From Nemertoderma westbladi (taxonomy: Eukaryota; Animalia; Xenacoelomorpha), in contig JAUCBJ010002802.1 in NCBI GenBank assembly GCA_032718475.1, forward strand, positions 1 to 43,397: a DNA stretch of 43,397 nucleotides, written 5' to 3'. Numbering within the stretch: position 1 is the stretch's first letter; every line of letters begins with the position of its first letter. Positions 1 through 10,996 of this stretch are shown piece by piece. The notes beneath the pieces were generated by a model, which was not told the origin of the DNA, did not search any database, and saw only the letters and a program-made list of their open reading frames with translations. A program made the position numbers and the translations under genes.

Positions 1-6
1 GAATTA

Positions 7-750
7 GGATGGAAGGATGGGATGGGAGGATGGGATGGAAGGATGGGATGGGAAGATGGGATGGAAGGATGGGATGGGAGGATTGGATGGTAGGATGGGA
101 TGGGAAGATGGGATGGAAGGATGGGATGGGAGGATGGGATGGGAGGATGGGATGGAAGGATGGGATGGGAGGATGGGATAGGAGGATGGGATGGAAGGAT
201 GGGATGGGAAGATGGGATGGAAGGATGGAATGGGAGGATGGGATGGGAGGATGGGATGGAAGGATGGGATGGGAAGATGGAATGGAAGGATGGGATGGGA
301 GGATGGGATGGGAGGATGGCATGGAAGGATGGAATGGGAAGATGGGATGGAAGGATGGGATGGGAGGATGGGATGTAAGGATGGGATGGAAGGATGGGAT
401 GGGGGATGGGAATGGAAGGATGGTATGGGAGGATAGGATGGGAGGATGGGATGGGATGCGAGGATGGGATGGAAGGATGGGATGGGAGGATGGGATGGAG
501 GGGTGGGATGGGAGGATGGGATGGAAGGATGGGATGGGAGGATGGGTTGGACGGATGGGATGGGAGGAGGGGATGGAGGGATGGGATGGAAGGATGTGAT
601 GGAAGGATAGGATGGAAGGATGGGATGGAAGGATGGGATGGAAGGATGGGATGGAAGGATGGGATGGAAGGATGGGATGGAAGGATGGGATGGAAGGGTT
701 GGATGGAAGGATGGGATGGAAGGATGGGATGGGAGGATTCGATGGAAGGA
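7..750. repeat. G-rich satellite, ~13-bp unit GGATG-GGATG-G(A/G)A (left part)
   Basis: Continuous GGATG-based array; the overlapping GWDGRM/HPIPS ORFs are translations of the repeat. Confidence 0.97.
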
Positions 751-2105
751 TACTACTACTAGGATCGGCATGCTGCATTGCAGCTGCATTTTTAAGAATG
801 CTGTGCCGGCTTGTCAACAAAATTGCACCGCCACAACTCCCTATCACCCATGACATTTGCTAGATCATCCGCATCTTTAAGGCCAGTGTCCTTTAAGATG
901 CGTCTCAAGAAAGTCATGGGCTGTCCACCATGCTTATTCACTCCATGGGATGGGGCTGCCAAAGTACAAGATTATGCACTGGCTGGTCCTCACGGCGAAA
1001 GCAATGTCCTGCAAAGCGGAGGCAATTTTGTTCTAGTGTCAAGCTTAGGGGAACCAATGAGACACCTCCAATGTTATATAGTGTCTGGTTGGAGATGTGT
1101 GCATGGTACTTGACACAATGAACCCGGCGTAGCATTCTTGTGAATGTGCCATCCAGAGATTTGGTGTCCTCAGCAGTTAGAGCCCAGCATGGACTCCCGT
1201 AGAGGAGTACTGGAACTACTGCTGCTCTAAATAATCGGACCTTAAGTTTCCGATTAATTCTCGGTGACTTCCAAATCCTGGAAAGCCTATTCAAGGCTGC
1301 CCATGCCTTTCCCTTGCGTATTCGAAGGTCCTCACCTGACTTCCGGATCCATGATCCCAGGTAACAGAAGTCGTCCACATGCTCAAGCATACCATCCTTT
1401 GAGCTTATGCTCATCCGATCAGAGACTTGCTGAGGACTTTCAAAGTTAACGGTCAGAATTTTGGTCTTTCTGGAGTTAATAAAAAGACCAACACTAGAAG
1501 CAGCATGTTCTAATGAGCTGAGGAGCCGTTGGGCTCCCTCTAATGATTCTGAGAGTACTCCTAAGTCATCAGCAAAGTCTAGATCAGTTAGGTACTTGGC
1601 AGGATTTCCTCGACTTCTGGAGCCAGTAGGTGGAGTTATCATCACCCCATCATCATTATGATGATCTAAGGACATGCGTAGAACATAGTCAACCACAATA
1701 ATGAACAAGAATGGTGCAAGTGTGTCTCCTTGGAGGACGCCCCATAACACTTCAAATGGTTCTGTGTCACCATCAACAGTAGACACAAATGTTGTCGAAC
1801 CATCGTATACTGATCTGATTGCTGCAATAATTTCATCAGGAATCCCATATAATGAAAGTATGCTGAACATACGTGAGCGAGAGACTGAATCAAAGGCCTT
1901 GAAGAAGTCAACAAAGATAACAGCCAGATGCCTGTCTTTCTTTTTTGATAATTCTTCAATTATCCTTCTAAGTGTCAAAATGGGCTCCATGGTCCCACGA
2001 CCTTTACGGAACCCATTCTGATTTCCACGGAGCAGTCTCTCAATGGGATCCCTGATGCGATTTAATAGAATCCTATTGTATAGCTTTGCAGCAATCGAGA
2101 TCAAT
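751..2105 (-). mobile_element. 5'-truncated RTE-clade non-LTR retrotransposon (RT domain, C-terminus, (TAG)n tail)
   Basis: ORF 938-2104 has QNGFRKGRGT, FVDFFKAFDSV, GVLQGDTLAPFLF, LDFADD and FCYLGS. After a frameshift near 950-955 it continues HGVNKHGGQPMTFL...DTGL...MGDRELWR to TAA at 792-794. Tail tactactacta at 751-761; candidate TSD gatggaaggat at 741-751 and 2106-2116. Confidence 0.92.
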
Positions 2106-2814
2106 GATGGAAGGATGGGATGGAAGGATGGGATGGAAGGATGGGATGGAAGGATGGGATGGGAGGATGAGATGGAAGGATGGGATGGAAGGATGGGATG
2201 GAAGGATGGGATGGAAGGATGGGAGGATGGGATGGAAGGATGGGATGGAAGGATGGGATGGAAGGATGGTATGGGAGGATGGGATGGAAGGATGGGATGG
2301 GAGGATGGGATGGAAGGATGGGATGGAAGGATGGGATGGAAGGATGGGATGGAAGGATGGGATGGGAGGATGGGATGGAAGGATGGGATGGAAGGATGGT
2401 ATGGAAGGATGGGATGGGAGGATGGGATGGAAGGATGGGATGGAAGGATGGGATGGAAGGATGGGATGGAAGGATGGGATGGGATGGGAGGATGGGATGG
2501 AAGGATGGGATGGAAGGATGGGATGGAAGGATGGTATGGGAGGATGGGATGGAAGGATGGAATGGAAGGATTGGATGGGAGGATGGGATGGAAGGATGGG
2601 ATGGGAGGGTGGGATGGAAGGATGGGATGGGAGCATGGGATGGAAGGATGGGATGGCAGGATGGGATGGGATGATGGGATGGGAGGATGGGATGGGAGGG
2701 ATGGGAGGGATGGGATGGGAGGATGAGATGGGAGGATGGGATGGAAGGATGGGGTGGGAGGATGGGATGGAAGGATGGGATGGGAGGATGGGATGGGAGG
2801 ATGGAATGGGAGGA
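2106..2814. repeat. G-rich GGATG satellite (right part)
   Basis: Same unit as 7-750; resumes directly after the LINE 5' truncation point. Confidence 0.97.
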
Positions 2815-3185
2815 CCAGTCAACATTTGTCTGGGTCCACAAGTATTTTCTTGGTCTTCACTGTCTTACCTTTCTCGTCAGCACTCGATGGTTTGACCTGT
2901 AATAGTGGTTTCAACTCTACGGGATTGGCGTGTTTTTGTGGACTTGTAGGTCTCCTAACGTTAGTCACACGTTTAGCCGTAGGCTGTAAAGCAGGTATTT
3001 TCCTTGAGCGTAGTGTGATACCTGTATTTACATTTTGATGGGCACGACCCATATTTGCAATACCTGTAATCACACCGCCGTCATAGTGACTCAAGGAAGT
3101 CAAAATAGGTAAGTTGGTAATACCTAAGTGGTCAATAGTATGCTCCAATGGGGTAATTGCGGTGTTATAGTTTACATTGTCACAT

Positions 3186-3700
3186 TCTGGTAGAATGTCT
3201 GGTGTAAAGTCTGGTGAACAGTCTGGTGAACAGTCTGGTGAACAGTCTGGTGAGACGTCTGGTGGAACACATCACGGAATATCCAGCGAAACGTTCAGTC
3301 GTATGTCCGGTAGAAAGTATGGCGTAACATCCGGCAGAATGTCTGGTCTAAAATCTGGTTGATAGTCTGGCGAGATGTCTGGTGGAAAATCCGGTTAACA
3401 GTCTGGCGAGATGTCTGGTCGAAATTCTGGGAATGAGTCTAACGAAATGTCTGTTGGAAAATCTGGTGAGATGTCCGGTAGACAATCGGTCGAGATGTCC
3501 AGAAAACCAAAGTCTAAATCGAAATGAGTGGAGAATAATCTGGTGGACTCTCTGGTGAACAATCTGGCGAAACGTCTGGTGAACAATCTGGCGAAACGTC
3601 TGGTGAAATCTCCCACGGAACATCCGGCGAAAGTTTTGTTTTTCGTCTTTTTGAATGTCTGGTGAGACATCTGGCGTAATGTCTGGTGGAATGTCCAGGT
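3186..3700 (-). repeat. Degenerate 12-bp coding repeat (core TCTGGTGA), encoding (S/P)-P-D-x on the minus strand
   Basis: Example gtctggtgaaca x3 near 3209-3250; minus frames read PDITPDVSPD and PDISPDFPTD. Confidence 0.75.
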
Positions 3701-3774
3701 TATTAGATTTGACTTGTCCTTGTTTCCTCTTGACCTTGGCGCTAGCTTTCGCTTTCGACTTGACCACAGTGTCG

Positions 3775-6700
3775 ATTTTTATCTCGGCAAGGTGAAGGCC
3801 ACCTTGCATTGTCTGAAACGCATCAGGACCCCATGAGGTAATTGTTTATATTGGGCCCGTCCATCAGTTCGCTGTCCATCGACATCCCCTGATAAAGGGC
3901 AGCGTAGAAGTTGCCAACGTGCACGTTACCAGGTTTGTCTGGATGCCGCACAAAATGATGTGGCAGGTAATATGTTTGATCTGTGGTCACCTCAGGGTTT
4001 GTCATCCTGATAGCGTTTCCTTTTTGGAGATACGTCGGAAGTTGCGCATTGTACTGCATATGGGTCGTCTCATCGCGCAATAACTGCTGCCATATCGACT
4101 TGAGTCGTTTTAAAGCAAGCGGATAATTGTTGATGAGCTTGGGTCGTCCATGGCGCCACAACATCCCAACTTCGTAGTGGCCATTCGCGGTCTGGCGAAT
4201 GGTGTCCTTCATCCGTGTCCGGTGTCGTGAATGGTGTCCTTAAAGACCGTTTCTCCTGTTCTGACATAGTGGTCTTGTAACTACCTGGTTCCGCTGTGTC
4301 CTGTTCCAACCATTTAATGGTTTTCCCAGTCAGCAGTTTGTCAAGCGCTGCTTGCACTGCGCCATGGTCCTCGTCCATATCGTCAGGTGTCAATGTGACT
4401 GGTAGGCTCGCAAGCCTTCCAGTGTCACTAGCCAGCATTGAAACGCTCTGAGGCAGTTCGACAACCTTTGGATCTATCGGTAGGCTCGCAAGCCTTCCAA
4501 GATCCGCGACCGGTGTTGAAACAATATGGAGTGGCTCGACAACCTTTGGATCTATCAGTAGGCTCGCAAGCCTTCCAAGATCCTCGTTCGTTGATACATC
4601 CATCGCATCAACCCTTTGGTCTTTGGTAGTCAATATAACCTGTTTCGCTGAAAGCAGCTGTAAGGTAGAGGTTTGTGTAGTCTCGTCTAAGTCAGTTACA
4701 TTGGTGTCTGTAATGACACAAGTATGTTGTTGTACTGACTGTACAGTAGGACCACAAGACTGTGAGGAAGAATTCACTAACGTAGTAGTTAACAAACTAC
4801 ACATGCTCAACACGTCGTCCTCCTGATCACTTATCTCTAATGAATGCACAGGCACTCTAGTATACCAATGTATGGAAGTTCTACATGCATAAGGGTTGCC
4901 TGCTGTCACTACAGATGGGCTTGTCTCCCACACTTGATGCAAGTTAAATTGGTCTGTTGCAATTAACATCGCTATAGAGTGATAATTCACTGGGCATTCT
5001 GGTATTTTAAGATGTCAGAAATACTTACGATCTTCCGGAGACTGTTCTGGCATGGGACCAAGTAAGTTACTAAAGTCCTTCGTGGCCGCAAACGTAAAGT
5101 TTCTTACTGGAAGTAATGAGCGTTCTTCCCTACTATGTTCTGCTTTGGAAAGAAGGGTATCCAAAGTCAGTTTGACCCTTGTCTCTTACCATGCATACTG
5201 CTCACGGTGTACTGAGTTGTCTTACCTCGGCTCATGTAGGTAACTACATCGACCACCTGTTCGTCAACGTAACTATGAGAGGACGCAGAATCTAGGATGG
5301 CATATATGCGTTTGCTCCCTTTTGTTCCAGTGATCTTAATGGGAATCACGCTGAATCCCTTCAGCTGGTTCTGCGTAAGGAGTGTTATGGACGGCTGTTC
5401 ATCCTCCCCCACATGCACGTAGAATGTCTCATCCTCTGAGTCTTTATCATCCAACGATCCAGACTGGTCTATGTAGTCCGAGTAGAAAGTATGAACTTCC
5501 TTCGGTGCATGCTCCTTATAAATGGCATTGCATTTAGCCGCTTTGTCGGGATGTTCGCGTCGAAAGCGCTTAGTTGGAGTATGACTGGTTGTATGGAGGA
5601 ACGCGTCATGTTTGCGTCCACACAGAGGACAAGTATCATCTCCAGGACAGTCCTTCCAGACGTGCCCAGGCATGGTACATCTCCAACACGAATCCAACGG
5701 ACGGATCTGGAGTCTCCTCTCCTCCACTCCTAGATCCTTGAAAGTGCGACATCCACATAACTTGTGTCCGCCGTATCGTCCACCGTTCCTTACGCAGAAC
5801 TGGCATCTATTGAAGTCTGCGAACAGCTGCTGCTGCGACTGTTTGGAGCTAATGGGTGTCAAAACCTTGGAGGTATCCGTCGGCGTAGCACAGGTCACGG
5901 CCATCGCGTTTGTCGGAAGTTGTTTAGTCTGGTTCAATGCTGCAATCATGATCCCCTCCGCCACTATGTAATGGTCTGTGTAGTTCAACCTCGTCTCTAC
6001 TACGGCCTCCCGTGAGATCAATTGGTAGACATCCGTTAGACAATCCACTGGCCTCTTCATGCTGGTACTCTACACTGCGCCACTCTCAACGCAGTCGATG
6101 ATGGAGCCGGCCGATAATCCTAATTAGAACTGTCGGCGCGTTGGTGTACTCAAGTTGACTGATAGACCGTAGGGCTCCCATAGCATGTTTGATCCCGTCT
6201 GGCAATCGTAGAAGATCTATGGGTTTCGAGATGGGTCCACCTGTACAGACGTCTTCTATAATGGATTTGGCCAGTGATATTACCACCGTGCACTGTATAT
6301 GGAAAACAGGCGGTCGTACGCTAGCTTGAAGGCATCTGGAACACCAATAAAAGTTTCCGCCAATCGCTTTGGCTCACCCGATAGTACCTGAAGCAGGTAG
6401 TTGAATTTCTCCGTAGAGGTGAAGGCACACATGGTGATCTGGGATTATATGTAGTCTACCAGGGTACACCAGTGTTTCGCGTTGCCAGAGAACTTCGGTG
6501 GTTGTTGTGCCAGTAATCCATGTCTGGCCGTGAATTTAGCGATCTCATTGACTATGTCCAACTGTCCGCATTCTTGTACGGTGATGGCGTTCAGTCAGTC
6601 CTGTGCATGTGTTGTTCATTGACACGGGTCATAATCGACGGGGTCTTCTCCTCGAGGATTTGGAGTTTGCCGTGCTTCCGACTCTCGATAGGTGGTCGTT

Positions 6701-9046
6701 GTGATTGAGGTTGGGGTTGTTCTAACTCCGCAATGGCTCGTGATCGATCCGAAGTCGGCACTTCAAGCCGCTCCTCGATTTGAGCTAACCGGTCCGCTAC
6801 AGGTCGTATTATCTCAGTGAGTTGTCTGGTGATAATTGCCTCCGCTGGTTGTGACGTGTGTTTCTCATGGAGGATTGTCAATATAAGGGTTCGTCAATCT
6901 CTACTCCCGCTTGTAATCATCTGCCACTCCAGTACGGAATATCTCCCTTTCCGTAAACTCTGTATCACTAGATGAATAGCTGTCATCAGGATATGGTAGT
7001 TGGCGGGTTCGTGTTCGGCGTATTACTCTAGTCAGTCAAGTTCATTTTGGTTTGGGATCTGTGGTTCTTCGTTGTACGGTAGGCTCGCAAGCCTTCCACA
7101 ATGTCGTAGGTCTCGATATACATTGAGTGAGTGGTCTAGTAAAGATGTCAGATTTAGGAGGTAATGTTGGTCTATAAATAACAGAGTTCGCTCAGCACAT
7201 CACAGGCTTAACTGGAACCAGTTTACTCACCTGTTTTACTGTTATAAACGCAGGTTCATCTCTCCTTACAAGTAAACTATGGCTTACAGTAGGCAGACTA
7301 CTGGCCTTACCTGCTAGAATCGGCGATGAAATCGCTCGTGGCTGTGGAATAACTGATTCCGGTATAACAAACCTGTTACTTTGAGTTGCATGTACAGGCG
7401 ATATTTCCTTTGGCTTCGCAACTATGATCAGTTTTACTGGAGTCGGTGGTTTGAGCATAGGAATAACTTGGGGGAATTTCTGACAATAGTCTTTGACAAA
7501 CTCATCTCAATCCATCACTCCCACACTCCCTTCCTTGATACGCTTTTGGATTCCACGATACCGAGCCTCAAAACGATCTATGGCAGACAAATCATGTCTG
7601 GCTCTAGATCTTATAGATCTATCTCTCGCATCGAGTTCAAGATCCTCTTGCGCATTCGCCAACTCGTGTGATCTGCGATTGAGTTCGAACTGTAGTTGCA
7701 ACTCTCTCTCACGTCGATCGGCCTCCTGCCGTTGCGCCGCTAGCTCCGCTTCCCGTACAGCCAAACGAGCGTTCATTTGTCTTGCTTCTAAATCAGAACG
7801 AGCGTCGGAAGCTGCTTTGTCTCGCACTAACTCGGCTGCTGCTGTCTCTCGCACTAACTTGGCTGCCGCTGTCGTTGCGGCTGTCTCCCATGCTATATTT
7901 CCCTCCAATTTCCACATCTCTGACGTTTCAAATTCGGCTTAGGCTCGGAGTTGAGCGATTCTTACTTCATTCTCCCTTCATTGTCTCTCTCCCTCGACAG
8001 CAGCCTGCGCTGTCAGCATCTGCGCTTTTTCCTCAGTAATCACTGACGCTGTCCGACTAACGTCACCAACGTCACTCCATACGCTAACAAACGATCTATC
8101 CAGTTGTAAATGTTGGTAGGCTCGCGAGCCTTCCGTAGTGAGAACTTCCATCGTCCCTCTTGGTACAACTTCCGGTTCTTTGATCGGTACGCTGCATCTA
8201 CGGGAGAAAATTGGTAAGTGCCTCTAACCTCCCATCCAGGTAGTATAGTTCTTCTTCCTTTTTGGGTTGCAACAACGCGTTCGAAACCGACTCACCTATC
8301 AGTTGGTCGAGTTGCTCTCTGAGTCGATCGTACAACCAGCTTAAACTGAATGAGACTTTCCCACGCACTTACCAGTTTATCTATTATCTTTACCCCAGTA
8401 AAGTTGTCACCACGCAACTCCGCACTCCGTATTCGTGTAAACTTCGGAGTTTATCTATGGAGGCATGTACCCTACTTTCTACTCTTACCTGTAGGGCGTA
8501 GAATTCATATCTCAACATCGGGGCAGGTAAATCTCGCACCTCTAAGATATCTGTCGATATGTCTGCGTCACACGAGTCACAGTCGTTAGGTGGGTATCTT
8601 GATGAGCGTGGTGTATTGCTCATGTCGGTATTATTAATAGATAATTTAGCCTACCGGCTAAATCTGTACAAATAAGTGAGATATATACGCTACTAAAATA
8701 TAGATCAAAAAGCACAAATAATAAGGCAAACAGCAACGACTAGGGGAAATAAAATACCAACAAATGCATAAATTAGACAGTAGAACCCACAAATTTTGAG
8801 TAATACTGTGCTCCAAGTTTAAACGACATGAGTCGTAAAATTTACGTTCCTTGATCATCCAGTCGTACAGATCTCCAGATACAAACCGGACGAGAACTGT
8901 TCCGTTTCCAGTGTTGCGGATGACTTCTTTTACCTCCAAAACTTGCTAAAAACGGCCTAATCCTCGAAATGAATGAGAAATGCCCCCACCGCGAACAGAT
9001 CTGTTGTGGAGATCAGATAGAGAGACTGGAGATCTGGAACACCATA
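3775..9046 (-). mobile_element. Degenerate BEL/Pao LTR retrotransposon internal region (leader, gag, protease, N-terminal RT); no flanking LTR seen
   Basis: Coiled-coil gag pieces (7507-7917). DUF1759-like PPKFSG...EKFNYLLQVLSGEP (~6370-6500). BEL Cys-His knuckles CWRCTMPGHVWKDC/CPLCGRKHDAFLH and protease ILDSAS (5167-6060). LIATD...PYACRTSIHW (4070-4990). RT start NNYPLALKRL...YYLPHHFV...GPNINN (3823-4212), then frameshifted VLMRFRQCKVAF. Many stops and frameshifts. Confidence 0.88.
4403..4577 (-). repeat. 78-bp (26-aa) tandem repeat inside BEL pol
   Basis: GRLASL motif recurs at 4403, 4481 and 4559 (period 78). Confidence 0.85.
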
Positions 9047-9049
9047 CGT

Positions 9050-9356
9050 CTCGCAGGGACTCTCACCTCTCCTGCCGGGAGCGATGGACCACTATAGCTC
9101 CTGGAATCGGCTTTGTAAGGCCGTCGTGTATTTGAAGCGATGTTTCTATCGTCACTATTCCAGGACGAAGAGGAAACCTGGAATTGTATTCGAAACACAA
9201 CAACTCAATCGCCCAGTTGGTCGTTTATGTTTACTGGAAAGAGACCGAGAACAACTGTTCGGAAACTATGGAAGGCAAGATACTCTTCCCACGACCACCT
9301 CCCTAATCCAACAAACATCTAGGGACTCCCCAACGTAACAGCGTCTGGAGTGGGTG
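9050..9356 (+). mobile_element. 3' internal end of a BEL/Pao element (RNase H/IN linker joined to integrase C-terminal tail, then PPT)
   Basis: YSSWNRLCKAVVYLKRCF and RPVGRLCLLE motifs; purine-rich ggagtgggtg at 9347-9356 precedes TGTG. Confidence 0.7.
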
Positions 9357-9777
9357 TGTGACTATATTATTTTATATTTGTTTTTATTATTTTATATTTA
9401 TGTATGTATTATTATGTAATTTTATTATAATCGTTTTCTTTAATTTTATTTAGTAGAATGTTATTTTAGCGATTATTTAGTAGATTAGTGCAATATATAT
9501 TAGTGTTTATTACTTAATTAATTACTTATATATTATATATTTAGTGCGACGGCGAGAAATAATTCTTTTTCTCTTTCCTTACTGTCCGTATTACATTATA
9601 AATACGTGACTACAGTAAGATGAAATATCCGTACTTATTAAAGTACAATAAAGCTCCTACTATATTCAAGTATTATTGGTAAGTAGAGTATTAGGAATGC
9701 AAAATTCAGATCCTCGTGTCTCGGCTAAACCAAGCTCTGGGTAGACCTTGGAAACGACTTGCCTCTTCTCACTGACA
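9357..9777 (+). mobile_element. Probable 3' LTR of the BEL fragment (right end uncertain)
   Basis: Starts TGTGAC after the PPT, AT-rich, AATAAA near 9647, candidate end ...ctgACA at 9777. Confidence 0.5.
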
Positions 9778-9817
9778 TTGCGCAAAATAAGAACATAAAC
9801 GCGCATAAAACGCAAAA

Positions 9818-10200
9818 TAAATCTGTTAAACCCTTTGACCATCTGTAATTCTAGTCGATTAAGATATCGCGGCACCCACCGATATACTTGAAAGACAAAA
9901 TTCTAGAATCAATGGTTAACGTCCCCAGACATGTTCTGGAATAAACCGGTGCCCATCTTAAATATTAACTATTAATATTTATAAAATCTGTCAAACAAAT
10001 ACAATAGAGTAAATACTTACAAGTTAACTCTAGAAAATCTATAAATTAAAATCTGTCAAAATCTAGATCCTTTAAAATTCTAGTCAATTAAGATATCGTA
10101 GCACTTACCGATACTCTTAAAAGGACAAATTTCCTAGAATCAAGGATCCCAGTCCCCAGATATGTTCTGGAATAAAATTGTGTCTATTTTAATATTAAAT
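9818..10200. repeat. Imperfect tandem duplication, period ~230 bp
   Basis: ttctagtc(g/a)attaagatatcg...gtccccaga(c/t)atgttctggaataaa occurs at ~9849 and ~10078. Confidence 0.8.
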
Positions 10201-10996
10201 AATAAAATTTACGGGAATAAATTTAAATTCATTTCTTTTAATGAATTTGATAAATTGTTATTTTATACAATTTATAATATCCCCAAAATTCTATTAATTA
10301 ATAGATCATGGGAGCGGAGATTCACCCTATTAAGTGTATTAGTGTGCGAGAATCTCCAATATATAGTCAATAGCCGATAAAATTCATAAAATCATGTATA
10401 AGGGAGATATTGATAATTAAAGAATTACTATTAAATAGCATCCCAGATCTGTATGCATGGGAATTACCCTAATTCTACCGCTAGCTTTCCATAATGTCAC
10501 CATGGCAACAACCACGCTAGAATTAGAAGTGAGTTAAAAGCACAATAAAGGCTTGCCCCATTGAATAGCATAAGGAATAAATAGCACACTGCTAGTATCC
10601 AAGGATACCAATAATAACGTGGCATTCTGGAAGGCACTTGACTAATGGACAAATGGCCCGAATGTGTGCGGTTTGTGACAGTGGTGTGGAATTTGTGCGT
10701 TTATAGGTGAATGTTACTACTAAAGGGTGTTTACAGTAGCGAGTCGCAATTGTGAAAGTAGCCCTAACTCTGGAGTAATAACCTGAAGTAAATCTTAGCC
10801 CTTGGGACGGACAGTGGAGTGACTCGCGCTGGTTGTTGTGGTCGTTGTGCAGCTACTATGTAGGCGATAGGCACATCGGCGAAAGTGCATCGGCGCTGAG
10901 GATCTTGCGCTGTCCGGGGGCCGTGAGGGGTAGGCAGCGACGCCCGCTAGCCTAATTATAAACTCATTATAATATTGATAAACTCATATAGCAGAT

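Noticed and set aside
4-2902. Long GWDGRM / HPIPS ORFs on both strands
   Set aside because: They arise because the GGATG unit has no stop codon; all frames are similarly open.
10496-10509. Strong X-box match GTCACCATGGCAAC
   Set aside because: Far from any recognised gene start and in repeat-like sequence; no support for function.
10877-10910. GAAA ... CTGAGGA as a hammerhead ribozyme core
   Set aside because: Only 11 nt separate the motifs, too few to form stems III and I.
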